DNA of 64,000 nucleotides, taken from assembly GCA_902510995.1 (NCBI GenBank), contig CABXDL010000001.1, forward strand, positions 49,457 through 113,456, read 5' to 3'. The notes below the pieces were generated by a model. The model did not search any database and was not told where the DNA came from. It saw only the letters and a program-made list of their open reading frames with translations. This document shows, one piece after another, positions 36,036 through 46,239 of the stretch (within the stretch, counting starts at the first letter, position 1; the number at the start of each line of letters is the position of its first letter). Position numbers and translations under genes: made by a program. Source of the stretch: an uncultured Candidatus Actinomarina sp. Lineage in GTDB: Bacteria > Actinomycetota > Acidimicrobiia > Actinomarinales > Actinomarinaceae.

Positions 36036-37309
36036 TGCTCTCTTATTATATTTTGATTTCTTTCAGGTCCAACAGAAATAAAAGTAATAGGTACTTTTAT
36101 AAAATCTTCAATAAACTTTATATAATCTTTAGCTTCTTCAGGAAGGTCTTCAAAAGACGTTATATTTGTTATATCTTCATCCCAACCTTTTAAAGTTTTA
36201 TAAATTGGTTTACCATCATGCAGCACTCTTTGTTGTCTTGGAAAATCTTTTACTTCTGAGCCATTTATATCGTAAGCAACGTTTACTTTTAATTCATTCA
36301 AGCCTGAAAGTACATCAAGTTTTGTAATAAATAATTCAGTTAATGAGTTAACTCTTACAGAATACTTTAGTGAGACAAGGTCTAACCATCCGCATCTTCT
36401 TTTTCTCCCAGTTACTACTCCATATTCAGCGCCTTTATCAATTAAGTAATCACCAATTTCGTTTTCTTGTTCGGTCAAGAAAGGACCTGTCCCTACTCTT
36501 GATATGTATGCTTTAGTAACTCCTACAATTCTTTCAATATCACGAGGTCCAATCCCAGAGCCTATTGCAGCATTTCCAGATGTGGTATTTGAACTTGTTA
36601 CAAAAGGGTAAGTTCCGTGATCAATGTCCAACAATGTTCCCTGAGCTCCTTCAAAAAGTATATTTTTTTCTTCATTGACTGCATTTGAAATTAATAAAGA
36701 GGTATCTATCATGATTTTTTTAACAGTATCTCTATAGCTGTTAAATTCTTCTAAAATCTCTTCAAGAGTGAAGGGTGTAGAATTATATATTTTTGTAATA
36801 ATTTCATTTTTCTCTTCTAAAATTGCTGAAACCTTTTCTTCAAAAATTTTCTCATCGAACAAGTCTTGTACTCTGATTCCTAATCTTTGGATTTTATCTC
36901 CATAGCATGGACCTATTCCTCTTTTTGTTGTTCCAATCATGTTTTTACCTAGTTTGTTTTCTATTAACTCATCTAAGAGTTTGTGGTAAGGCATAATAAG
37001 ATGTGCATTTGATGAAAGCTTTAATTTTGAAGTATCAACATTTTTCTCTTTGAGCATCTTTAGTTCGTCCATAAGGAAACCAAGGTCTACAACACAGCCA
37101 GAAGCGATAACAGGTATACAGTCTGGATACAAAACACCAGAGGGAGTTAATGAAAGCTTTATTGTTTCATCTTTTACGACAATAGTGTGACCAGCATTAT
37201 TACCACCTTGAAATCGGACCACCATATCGGCATTTGAAGCGAAAAAATCTGTGACTTTACCTTTGCCCTCATCACCCCACTGGGCTCCTAAAACAACGGT
37301 AGTAGACAC
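36032..37309 (-). CDS. purA: Adenylosuccinate synthetase
   Basis: QWGDEGKGK, GGNNAGHT, EGAQG, GTYPFVTSS, TGR.RRCGW. Confidence 0.97.
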   Translation of the reverse strand: MSTTVVLGAQWGDEGKGKVTDFFASNADMVVRFQGGNNAGHTIVVKDETIKLSLTPSGVLYPDCIPVIASGCVVDLGFLMDELKMLKEKNVDTSKLKLSSNAHLIMPYHKLLDELIENKLGKNMIGTTKRGIGPCYGDKIQRLGIRVQDLFDEKIFEEKVSAILEEKNEIITKIYNSTPFTLEEILEEFNSYRDTVKKIMIDTSLLISNAVNEEKNILFEGAQGTLLDIDHGTYPFVTSSNTTSGNAAIGSGIGPRDIERIVGVTKAYISRVGTGPFLTEQENEIGDYLIDKGAEYGVVTGRKRRCGWLDLVSLKYSVRVNSLTELFITKLDVLSGLNELKVNVAYDINGSEVKDFPRQQRVLHDGKPIYKTLKGWDEDITNITSFEDLPEEAKDYIKFIEDFIKVPITFISVGPERNQNIIREQ

Positions 37310-37428
37310 GTTTCTCCTTAGATTACAACATTCGATAATACATGGTTTTATAGGATATTTGCAACAAATTTCAAAAGATTAGTTGATTTAGTGTTGAACT
37401 ATGCTGAAATATCATTAAATTAAACATA

Positions 37429-37473
37429 TGACGGTTCAACCGACTTTAACAGGGCGGTTCGATGGACTTGTCA
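37429..37473 (+). promoter_or_regulatory. Structured 5' UTR candidate upstream of the amino-acid binding protein
   Basis: TGACG-GTTCA pairs with TGGAC(T)TGTCA around an inner AACCG/CGGTT stem; TATCAT upstream, AAGGAG downstream. Confidence 0.4.
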
Positions 37474-37497
37474 ACTTTTATATAAAAGGAGAAAACA

Positions 37498-38562
37498 TTG
37501 AGTAAAAAAGCAATCGTTTCTTTGCTAGTTCTTTCAATGATAGCTGTCGCTTGTGGAGGCACAGATGACGCTGTTGAAGAAGTAGTTGAAGAAGTCGCTA
37601 TGACTACACTCGAAGAGGTCCAAGCTAGAGGATTTCTTAAGTGTGGTGTTAGCACCGGTGCAACTGGATTTACAGAAGTAGCTGACGACGGATCTTATTC
37701 AGGATTCGACGTTGACTATTGCTATGCAGTTGCTGCTGCTGTTTTCGGTGATTACAGTAAAGTTGAATTTAAGCAACTTACTGCTGCTGAAAGATTTACA
37801 GCACTTAGCGCTGGTGAAATAGACGTATTGATTAGAAATACAACTTGGACTCAAAGCCGTGATACCGAATTGGGTAACGACTTTGGTCCGACCACTTACT
37901 ATGATGGTCAACAATTGATGGGTAGAAAGTCTGACGGATTGTCAGATAGCTCAACTCTTGCTGACGTTGATGGATTAAGAGTATGTACAAACGCTGGTAC
38001 CACAACTGAAAAGAATATTACAGAAGGTGCTGGACTTGTAGGAGCAACAATTGAACTAGTAACAGTTGAAGCTTTCTCAGAAGCTATTGACAAGTTCATC
38101 GCAGGTGAGTGCGACATAGTAACAACTGACGGTTCAGGATTAGTTGGTAGAAGAGCAGTTAATGACGCTCTTAATGACTGGGCAATTTTCCCAGCATCAC
38201 CAATTTCTAAAGAGCCATTAGGTCCAACATATAGATCAAATGATAGCCAATGGGCTGACATTGTTAACTGGACTGTTTACGCTACAATCATCGCTGATGA
38301 GTATGGTGTAACTAGAGCTAACATTGATTCATTTGATTATGATGCTGCCCCAGAAATGGGTAGATTGTTCGGTAAGAACGATGGAGAGCTTCAAACAAAG
38401 ATGGGTCTAAGTGCAGATGCTTACTACAACGTTGTAAAGCAAATAGGAAACTATGACGAAATCTTTTCAAGAAACCTAAATCCATTAGGTCTCTACAGAG
38501 AAGGTAGTTATAACGACTATTGGAACAACGGAGGATTGGTTTACGCACCTCCAGCAAGGTAA
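37498..38562 (+). CDS. General L-amino-acid ABC transporter substrate-binding lipoprotein (AapJ/BztA-like)
   Basis: Lipobox AVAC, RG.L.CGV, RFTAL..GE.D.L.RNTTWT, ISKEPLGP, GNY.E.F. Confidence 0.93.
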   Translation: MSKKAIVSLLVLSMIAVACGGTDDAVEEVVEEVAMTTLEEVQARGFLKCGVSTGATGFTEVADDGSYSGFDVDYCYAVAAAVFGDYSKVEFKQLTAAERFTALSAGEIDVLIRNTTWTQSRDTELGNDFGPTTYYDGQQLMGRKSDGLSDSSTLADVDGLRVCTNAGTTTEKNITEGAGLVGATIELVTVEAFSEAIDKFIAGECDIVTTDGSGLVGRRAVNDALNDWAIFPASPISKEPLGPTYRSNDSQWADIVNWTVYATIIADEYGVTRANIDSFDYDAAPEMGRLFGKNDGELQTKMGLSADAYYNVVKQIGNYDEIFSRNLNPLGLYREGSYNDYWNNGGLVYAPPAR

Positions 38563-38582
38563 TTAATTACCTTACTAATTTT

Positions 38583-38610
38583 GTAAAAGGGGCTGAAAAG
38601 CCCCTTTTAC
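38583..38610 (+). terminator. Rho-independent terminator, potentially bidirectional
   Basis: GTAAAAGGGGCT-GAAA-AGCCCCTTTTAC. Confidence 0.85.
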
Positions 38611-38678
38611 TTTATATACTTCGACATATATAGTCCTTCTTCTAGGCATAAAGCAGATAATTCTGATAAAATTCATTT

Positions 38679-40478
38679 ATGAAAAACGCAATGAAATATC
38701 TTCTTTTCTTCAGAAATGTAGTTTTTCTAAAATGGGCTTTTCAAGTTATTTTCCTTTTTGGAATATTGTCAATAATTTGGAATTATATTCAAAATGCAAT
38801 TGTTAATTTAGCAGATACAAATATTGCATTTTCTTGGGGATGGTTAGGAGAAACCCCTGGGGTTTCTGTAGCAGAAGGAATGTATACGTTACCAAATTCA
38901 GGGTTGCAAATGATTCAAACTGGGATGATCAATATGTTTAGAATCACATTAACAGGGATATTGGCAGCAACCTTATTAGGTACTTTTTTAGGGATTGCTA
39001 GGCTTTCAAGTAATTATATAGTTGAAAAAAGCTCAACCGGTCTATTAGAAGTAGTTAGAAATGTTCCACTTTTAGTTCAAATATATTTCTTTCAAGCTTT
39101 TGTTCTGTCATTTCCTAGGCTTGAAGTTTTTGAAGTTGGGGAATATTTTATTCACATAAGTGCAAAAGGACTTGCTTTTCCATGGTTCAACAGAGGCCCA
39201 AATGCATACTTGCTTATGGTGTATACATTAATTGTCATATATATTGCTAATAAAATCTATAAATGGCGAGTTGAATTATTAGAAAAAGAAGGAAGAGATA
39301 CAAAGCCATTTTTATGGTCACTAGGTATTTTAGGATCACTATTAGTTATAGGTTGGTATGGAGGTTTCAGAGCTGCAGGGGTGTTTGGCTTTTTAGCAGG
39401 CTACATTTCTCTTGGCCTAGAAAGTGTTCCAGCAATCGTTTATCAGGGCCTGGTTTCAGGTGTTGCTATTTATATTGGCTTTAAAGTAACTAAGGCATTT
39501 ATAGATAGTAAAAAATCAGAAGAAGCTCAAGGGATATACAGTGATGATGATTATTTTAAGATCATATTAAACGTTGTAGTAGTTCTGTTAATAGTACTTC
39601 TTATGTTTTCATCTATTGGTGCTGGTTTTGCGGGTTTTTTAGTTGGTGATGAAATAACATTTAAAGCAGACTGGGGATTGCCTCAATTATTTCACGGTAT
39701 TGAAAATAAATTAGATTGGTATCCACATATAGATCTTGAAATATATGAAGTAATTGAAGGAATGAAAAAAGCTGAAATTACAAATTGGTTAATTAAGCCA
39801 GGAGACAACATTACAGAAGGACAAGTTGTTGCTACAGCCTACGCAACTGGAAATAAAATTGACACGCAAGAAGTAGAACTGAAAGCAGAGTATACAGGCA
39901 AAGTGGAATCTTTGATTGTTGAAGAAGGTAAAGCAATAAAAATAGGAATTCCTTTTTATGAGTTGGAAGTTACCGACGCAGCACCGTTTGTTTTTTCTAG
40001 GCCTAAAGTTGAAAAGGTTAATGAAACATCAAAGTTTAAGAGATATGCAAAAGGACATGGAAAAAGTCTTTCAGTTGGATATTTTGCTATATGGCTAGGA
40101 GTTGTCTTATACACTGCAATATTTATTTCAGAAGTAGTTAGAGCAGGAATAATGGCTGTTTCTAAAGGTCAATCAGAAGCTGGGATGTCTCTCGGATTAA
40201 GGAGAGGCGCATTATTGAGATTAGTAGTACTTCCTCAAGCGATTAGAGTTATGTTGCCCCCAATGGGTAATCAGTATTTAAATTTAGCCAAGAATACATC
40301 ATTAGGTATTGCCGTTGCGTATCCAGAAATAGTTGCTGTTGGTCAAACCTTATATAACCAGGAAGGCCAGACATTACCAGTTTTCTTGATATGGATGGCA
40401 TTTTATAGTTCTGTAAGTTTGACAATTTCATCAATAATTAATTATTACAACAGAAAAATGAAAATAGTGGAGAGATAA
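38679..40478 (+). CDS. Amino-acid ABC permease (AapQ/BztB-like) with inserted lipoyl-like domain
   Basis: GIARLS.N, E..RN.PLL.Q, EVVRAGI.AV.KGQ.EA, LPQA.R, NQYLNL.KN.SL. Confidence 0.9.
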   Translation: MKNAMKYLLFFRNVVFLKWAFQVIFLFGILSIIWNYIQNAIVNLADTNIAFSWGWLGETPGVSVAEGMYTLPNSGLQMIQTGMINMFRITLTGILAATLLGTFLGIARLSSNYIVEKSSTGLLEVVRNVPLLVQIYFFQAFVLSFPRLEVFEVGEYFIHISAKGLAFPWFNRGPNAYLLMVYTLIVIYIANKIYKWRVELLEKEGRDTKPFLWSLGILGSLLVIGWYGGFRAAGVFGFLAGYISLGLESVPAIVYQGLVSGVAIYIGFKVTKAFIDSKKSEEAQGIYSDDDYFKIILNVVVVLLIVLLMFSSIGAGFAGFLVGDEITFKADWGLPQLFHGIENKLDWYPHIDLEIYEVIEGMKKAEITNWLIKPGDNITEGQVVATAYATGNKIDTQEVELKAEYTGKVESLIVEEGKAIKIGIPFYELEVTDAAPFVFSRPKVEKVNETSKFKRYAKGHGKSLSVGYFAIWLGVVLYTAIFISEVVRAGIMAVSKGQSEAGMSLGLRRGALLRLVVLPQAIRVMLPPMGNQYLNLAKNTSLGIAVAYPEIVAVGQTLYNQEGQTLPVFLIWMAFYSSVSLTISSIINYYNRKMKIVER

Positions 40479-42280
40479 TGGTTGATGTAATTAAAAAGAA
40501 AGCCAAAGAAGTACAAGAAAGTTTATTTTCATCAGTAGGTTCTTCTGTGCTAACAATTGGAACAAGTTACTTAGTACTCAATTTCTTTAGAGGCATGTTC
40601 GGTTTTGTTATGTCTTCTGATAAAGATTGGTTAGCAGTATTAAATAATATGCAATTATATATGGTTCAAGCCTATCCAGAAAGTGACTTTATACGAGTTT
40701 GGATCTCAGTAGGACTTACTTTTGTATTTTCAGGAGTTTCTATTGGGTTGTGGAGAAGTGATGATCGCTCAAATATAAGTGTTATGTTTGATAGATTTTA
40801 TAAATTGGGGCTAGGTGTTTTATTCTTTACAATTGTTGCACCAACTTTTACAAGTTATATGGGAAATGATGGATATGTAATAACGGAAGAAGTATTTTCT
40901 AGAAGTTCAAGAATAGGAATGTTAATCCCAGTTCTTCTTATAACAGTAGGGTTTTTTCTATTAAAAAATAGAAAAATTAATTTTTCATTTAATAATTCTG
41001 ATGCTGTTTTTCTTTATTTGTCTATTCCAATTGCTTTGATCTGGATTATTGAGTTACCAACAATACAGCTTGATCAAAACAAAGATAGGATAATCCCCGA
41101 TCCATTAATGCCTATTGCTAATACAACTAAAGTTCCTTGGACTGTAATTTTTGTTTTATTTCTTTTGTCATATTTTATTGGAATTTACTTTAAAGAAGTG
41201 AAGAGGTTAAAGAATATTATGTCAATTTCTTGGTTTTTACTACCTTTGCTTATTTTCTCGTGGATATTTAAAAAGCCGCAGATTGAAATGGCCGAAGTCT
41301 TAACAGGTGATATACCTATATTTCTTATATTTTTTGCAGTAGGTTTAGGAACGGTTTTATTAATAAATAACCCAATTGTGAAAAAATACTACTCAATTTA
41401 TATAGGGGTTGTAATAGTTGCAACAATAGCTGGAGTATTTATAAGTATTCCGATGCTAGCAAAGGCTTGCTTATTATTACTTGGATTGTTTGTAACGGTT
41501 GTACCTGCTGTTTCAACTTCACAACAAGGGAAGAAAAGTTTGATAATTATATGGGCTGTAGCTCTAGTAACTTTAACATTCCTATTAAGAGGTGGAGCAT
41601 CAGAAACAGGAATTGTTGTACCAGGATCAAGTATTTTTGGAGGCTTCTCTTTGACATGGTTGCTTGCAATTTTTGGTACCTATGTTTCTTTTCCTTTAGG
41701 TGTACTACTTGCTTTAGGCAGAAACTCAAAACTTCCTATTGTTAGGATAATTTGTACTGGGATTATTGAATTAGTAAGGTCAGTTCCATATATAACATGG
41801 TTATTTTTCGCAAGCGTAACCTTAGCTGTCTTCTTGCCAGCAGGGGTAGAGTTTAACTTAATAGTAAGAGTCTTGATGGTTACAGCTTTCTTTAGTGGAG
41901 CATATTTTGCAGAGAACATAAGAGGAGGTCTGCAATCAATTCCAAAAGGACAGTACGAAGCCGCAGATGCAATTGGAATGAGCCCATTTCAAAAAATAGG
42001 TTTAATAGTCTTACCGCAAGCACTTAGAGCCGTTATACCAACTCTTGTTAGCAGCGCAATCACGGCGTTTAAAGATTCAAGCCTTGTTACTATCATCGGA
42101 TTATTTGACTTCCTTACAATAGGTAAAACTGTTATTGATAATCAATCTGTACCAGTAAATTTTGTAGGACACCAAAGAGAAAATTTAATATTCGTTGCTG
42201 TTGTCTATTGGATATTTACATTTACACTATCTAGACGAAGCATGAAAATAGAAAAAAGATTAGGATTAGGAGAAAGGTAA
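40478..42280 (+). CDS. Amino-acid ABC permease (AapM/BztC-like), TM-expanded
   Basis: GG..LT, PLG.LLALGR, AY.AE..RGGLQ..P.GQYEAA, FKD.SLV. Confidence 0.9.
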   Translation: MVDVIKKKAKEVQESLFSSVGSSVLTIGTSYLVLNFFRGMFGFVMSSDKDWLAVLNNMQLYMVQAYPESDFIRVWISVGLTFVFSGVSIGLWRSDDRSNISVMFDRFYKLGLGVLFFTIVAPTFTSYMGNDGYVITEEVFSRSSRIGMLIPVLLITVGFFLLKNRKINFSFNNSDAVFLYLSIPIALIWIIELPTIQLDQNKDRIIPDPLMPIANTTKVPWTVIFVLFLLSYFIGIYFKEVKRLKNIMSISWFLLPLLIFSWIFKKPQIEMAEVLTGDIPIFLIFFAVGLGTVLLINNPIVKKYYSIYIGVVIVATIAGVFISIPMLAKACLLLLGLFVTVVPAVSTSQQGKKSLIIIWAVALVTLTFLLRGGASETGIVVPGSSIFGGFSLTWLLAIFGTYVSFPLGVLLALGRNSKLPIVRIICTGIIELVRSVPYITWLFFASVTLAVFLPAGVEFNLIVRVLMVTAFFSGAYFAENIRGGLQSIPKGQYEAADAIGMSPFQKIGLIVLPQALRAVIPTLVSSAITAFKDSSLVTIIGLFDFLTIGKTVIDNQSVPVNFVGHQRENLIFVAVVYWIFTFTLSRRSMKIEKRLGLGER

Positions 42281-42287
42281 TTAAATT

Positions 42288-43016
42288 ATGAGCATAATTC
42301 AAGCTAAAGGCGTGAAGAAATGGTTTGGTGATTTCCAAGCCCTTAAGGGTATATCAATGGAAATTGCTGAAGGTGAAGTATTGGTTATTTGTGGTCCTTC
42401 TGGCTCAGGCAAGTCAACCTTCATTAGGTGTATAAACAGACTTGAACAACACCAAGAGGGTGAAATAGTTGTTGATGGCACAGAGCTAACCAATGATTTA
42501 AAAAATATTGAAACAATTAGAGCTGAAGTTGGAATGGTATTTCAGAGCTTTAATCTTTTTCCTCACTTAACAGTTATGCAAAATATTACTCTTGCACCAA
42601 TTTGGGTAAGAAAGAAAAGCAGAAGTGACTCGGAAGAAAAGGCCATGGAGTTACTAAATAGAGTAGGTATACCTGAACAGGCTGATAAATTTCCAGGACA
42701 ATTATCTGGTGGTCAGCAACAAAGAGTTGCTATAGCAAGGGCTTTGGCAATGGATCCAAAAATAATGCTTTTTGATGAGCCTACATCAGCATTAGATCCA
42801 GAAATGATTAAAGAAGTACTTGACGCAATGAAAGAACTAGCAAAATCTGGAATGACTATGATTGTTGTTACTCATGAAATGGGTTTTGCTAAAGAGGTTG
42901 CAGATAGAGTAATGTTGTTTGACGAAGGAATGATGGTTGAGGAAAATACTCCTGTTGAGTTCTTTGACAACCCAAAGAATGATAGAACTAAACTTTTCTT
43001 AAGCCAGATACTTTAA
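42288..43016 (+). CDS. Amino-acid ABC transporter ATP-binding protein (AapP-like)
   Basis: [36 protein letters not shown]. Confidence 0.96.
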   Translation: MSIIQAKGVKKWFGDFQALKGISMEIAEGEVLVICGPSGSGKSTFIRCINRLEQHQEGEIVVDGTELTNDLKNIETIRAEVGMVFQSFNLFPHLTVMQNITLAPIWVRKKSRSDSEEKAMELLNRVGIPEQADKFPGQLSGGQQQRVAIARALAMDPKIMLFDEPTSALDPEMIKEVLDAMKELAKSGMTMIVVTHEMGFAKEVADRVMLFDEGMMVEENTPVEFFDNPKNDRTKLFLSQIL

Positions 43017-44152
43017 AGTTGATCCCAAAGGTTTTTTTCAGCTAAATCAATAATGGTTGCCCCCATTCCATAAGCTCCATCAAAAATAGCTTTATGACCC
43101 CCAGGCTTTATAGTGGCTGCAGCGTATTCTGGCTGGTGGTTTACAGCATCTCCCGCATCTATATCTAACATAGGATGGATTGAAGGCATAGCAAGGGAGA
43201 TATTTCCCATATCTGTTGAACCTAAACCGGGCCTAAGGGGATCTTCAAGAGGCATTTCTCTACCAATACTTTCAGAGTTTTCCATGAATAACTGATACAT
43301 AGTTTTATTATTTAATATTTCACGATATTTATAGTCAGGAGAGTTTACCTTTACCTCACATTTTGTTGCTAAAGCAGCAGCATTTACACAATTCAAAAAA
43401 TCTTTTTCAAGAATATTAAGGCCGTCTTCATTTAGAGATCTTAAATACCATTCTGAGCTTGTATAAGATGGAATGATATTTGGTTTAAAACCACCATCTT
43501 TTATGACTCCATGCATCCTATTTGATTGAACCATTTGTTGTCTGTATGTTGATGCATTTACAAATAGCTGTATTTGAGCATCTAAGGCATTACGCCCTTT
43601 CTCTGGTGCACCAGCAGCATGAGCGTCTTTACCAAAAAATTCCACTTTATATTGTTGAATAGTAGTAAATGTAGGATTCGCAACATTTAAAGGTCCAGGA
43701 TGAATCATCATTGAACATTTAGCATCTTCGAAAGCTCCTCTATCTAGCAATATAATTTTTCCACCACCACCCTCTTCAGCAGGAGTACCAAGTAGCTTTA
43801 CTCTTATACCAAGATCATCAGCTAAACTCCTTAATGCTAAACCAGCGCCTATTGAAGCAGTAGCAATTACATTATGTCCACAAGCATGTCCAATTTCAGG
43901 AAGAGCATCATACTCAACACAGAGGACAACAAGAGGGCCTTCCTTACCAAAAGTTATTTCAAATGCCGTTTCTAATTCATTTGTAGGAAAGACAACGTTA
44001 TCTTCAAAAGAATTTATAAACTTAACTAAATATTCTGAGGTTTTATATTCTTCAAAACCAAGTTCAGGGTTTTCATACATCCAGTCACTAACTTTAATTA
44101 AGTCTTTATGAATAGATTCAAGCTCTTTTTTAAATGTATCTTTAATACTCAT
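43013..44152 (-). CDS. M20-family amidohydrolase
   Basis: [38 protein letters not shown]. Confidence 0.92.
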   Translation of the reverse strand: MSIKDTFKKELESIHKDLIKVSDWMYENPELGFEEYKTSEYLVKFINSFEDNVVFPTNELETAFEITFGKEGPLVVLCVEYDALPEIGHACGHNVIATASIGAGLALRSLADDLGIRVKLLGTPAEEGGGGKIILLDRGAFEDAKCSMMIHPGPLNVANPTFTTIQQYKVEFFGKDAHAAGAPEKGRNALDAQIQLFVNASTYRQQMVQSNRMHGVIKDGGFKPNIIPSYTSSEWYLRSLNEDGLNILEKDFLNCVNAAALATKCEVKVNSPDYKYREILNNKTMYQLFMENSESIGREMPLEDPLRPGLGSTDMGNISLAMPSIHPMLDIDAGDAVNHQPEYAAATIKPGGHKAIFDGAYGMGATIIDLAEKNLWDQL

Positions 44153-45429
44153 GATTCGAGTTTAGTAAAATAATCTAATTCATACGTGCTTAAAATGTTC
44201 CATATTATCCAATCCAGATTTTTGCTTTCAGCTGCTTTTATGTTTTCTTGAACATCTGTGATTGAATGCCAAAACCCTTGCAAGAAGGGCCTTAGTTGTA
44301 TTTCTGGAACACCTCTTTCAAGGCCGTCAGCTAATGCTGCAGAAACGACTTCATATGGATGGTTATTAGGATACTCATAGCCAAATGAGCCCTTAGAGTA
44401 ATGAGATGGGTAAACCATTGGGGAAATAAAATCTACGTTCTTTATTATTGTTTCAAGGTTTTGGCCTATTCCGCCATCTTCAGTATTAGTTAAAATATAT
44501 CCAAAAATATCTGCTGATACTAAACACCCTTCGATATGCAATTTCGTCTTTGCTTCCCCCAAGAAACTATTTATGTTGTTAACTCTATTTTCATAATCAT
44601 TTTTTTCTTGAAAGACCATATATTGATAGTTGGAATCAGGATATCTAATATAATCAAATTGAATTTCATTAAAACCTAATTTACAAGATTCAATTGCAAG
44701 GTTAATTATGTATTCTTTTGCTAGTTCGCTGCTAGGGTCCAAAAAATATTGCCCATCTTGGGAATAAATTTTATTATTTTTTGAATCAAAAATAGCTTCT
44801 TCCTTAAAGGTTACTGCAAATAAAGGATCTTGGAATACAACAATCCGTGCAATTAAATGTATATCTTTTACTTCTCTTAACTCAGCTAATGTTTGAGCAT
44901 CATATTTTATTCTTTCATTTTTTAATAAATCTGTCTGAGGAGAGTTGCTATCAAACATGATGTGACCGTTATCTGTTTTTGCGTCAATTACTAAAGTGTT
45001 AACGTTTGTTTTAGTAAGTATTTCTTTTATATGATTAATTTTTGCTTCTTGATTCATGTAATATCCATTTAGGTATATACCCTTAACTCCGTTATTTGAT
45101 TCTCTAAAGTTATTAAAATTATGAAAAAGAAGATCAACGTTTATTTCATTCACAATTGAATCAATAGATTTTATATAGTCTCTTATAAAATTTTCTTCAT
45201 TTAGTGTGATAGTTTCATCTAAAGATTCAAAATTTATTTCTTCAAGTTGTTTTACTACTTTATAGTAATGTTGAATACTTTCTTTACTTACTGTTGTGTT
45301 AGTTACTGAAATTTCACTTGGTGATTCATAAAAACCGACTTCATCAACAATGTTTCCTTCGTATAGTAATAAAAACTCCAATACATATGTACTAATAAGT
45401 AAAATTGTAAGTCCAATAACCCTCTTCAC
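44149..45429 (-). CDS. Putative glycoside hydrolase (DUF4015-like), membrane-anchored
   Basis: KGIY, VID.K.D.G, ARIV.F.D, EIQFDYIRYP, PMVYPSHY, RPFLQ. Confidence 0.82.
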   Translation of the reverse strand: MKRVIGLTILLISTYVLEFLLLYEGNIVDEVGFYESPSEISVTNTTVSKESIQHYYKVVKQLEEINFESLDETITLNEENFIRDYIKSIDSIVNEINVDLLFHNFNNFRESNNGVKGIYLNGYYMNQEAKINHIKEILTKTNVNTLVIDAKTDNGHIMFDSNSPQTDLLKNERIKYDAQTLAELREVKDIHLIARIVVFQDPLFAVTFKEEAIFDSKNNKIYSQDGQYFLDPSSELAKEYIINLAIESCKLGFNEIQFDYIRYPDSNYQYMVFQEKNDYENRVNNINSFLGEAKTKLHIEGCLVSADIFGYILTNTEDGGIGQNLETIIKNVDFISPMVYPSHYSKGSFGYEYPNNHPYEVVSAALADGLERGVPEIQLRPFLQGFWHSITDVQENIKAAESKNLDWIIWNILSTYELDYFTKLES

Positions 45430-45492
45430 ATTCTTAATTTAAATAGAATTTTTTTGGAATTAAAGTCTTAAATATTTATTTATAATACTTCT

Positions 45493-46239
45493 ATGTCTAA
45501 TTCAAGATATCTAAAAGTTGAAAAATTCTACGAAATACCAGTACTTATTGCTGTAATATTATTAATTCCAGTAATTGTTATTGAGTATTCAGATTCAGCG
45601 TATAAAGAAATTGCTAATTATATAAATTGGGGCATTTGGATTATATTTCTACTTGAATATGCTCATCTGTTTTTTCTTTCAGAAAACAAAAAAGAGTATG
45701 TTTTGAGCCACAAACTAGAACTCTTTATTGTTGTTGTATCAATTCCTTTCGTACCAAAGGGATTTGAATCATCAAGATTCTTAAGATTCGCCAGGCTTCC
45801 AAGGTTATTACGATTTTTTCAATTGTTTAGATTAGCTGCAGTTCTTGTTCGTTTTGGCACTGCAATAAAAACTATTTTCAACAGCCGCGGACTTAGATTT
45901 ATTGTTTATGCAACAGTATTTTTGATTATATTTTTTGGTTTTTTGTTTTATATCGCGGAGCCAGATGTTGAATCTTTTGGAGATGGAATTTGGTGGGCAC
46001 TGGTGACAATAACGACTGTAGGTTATGGTGATATAACTCCATTGACAACACTAGGTAGGATAGTTGCGAGCACATTGATGATTCTTGGAATTGGCTTCAT
46101 AGCTACATTAACTGCTGCAGTTTCTGCTTATTTTCTGTCTAATTTTGGAGATAAACAAACTACACTAGAAGATGTTCTAATAAAACTTGAAGAAATAGAT
46201 AAAGAATTAGATGAGCTTAGGGAGGAAAAAAATGAGTAA
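45493..46239 (+). CDS. Potassium channel (6TM, Kv-like)
   Basis: TTVGYGD selectivity filter, Arg-rich S4-like segment. Confidence 0.92.
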   Translation: MSNSRYLKVEKFYEIPVLIAVILLIPVIVIEYSDSAYKEIANYINWGIWIIFLLEYAHLFFLSENKKEYVLSHKLELFIVVVSIPFVPKGFESSRFLRFARLPRLLRFFQLFRLAAVLVRFGTAIKTIFNSRGLRFIVYATVFLIIFFGFLFYIAEPDVESFGDGIWWALVTITTVGYGDITPLTTLGRIVASTLMILGIGFIATLTAAVSAYFLSNFGDKQTTLEDVLIKLEEIDKELDELREEKNE

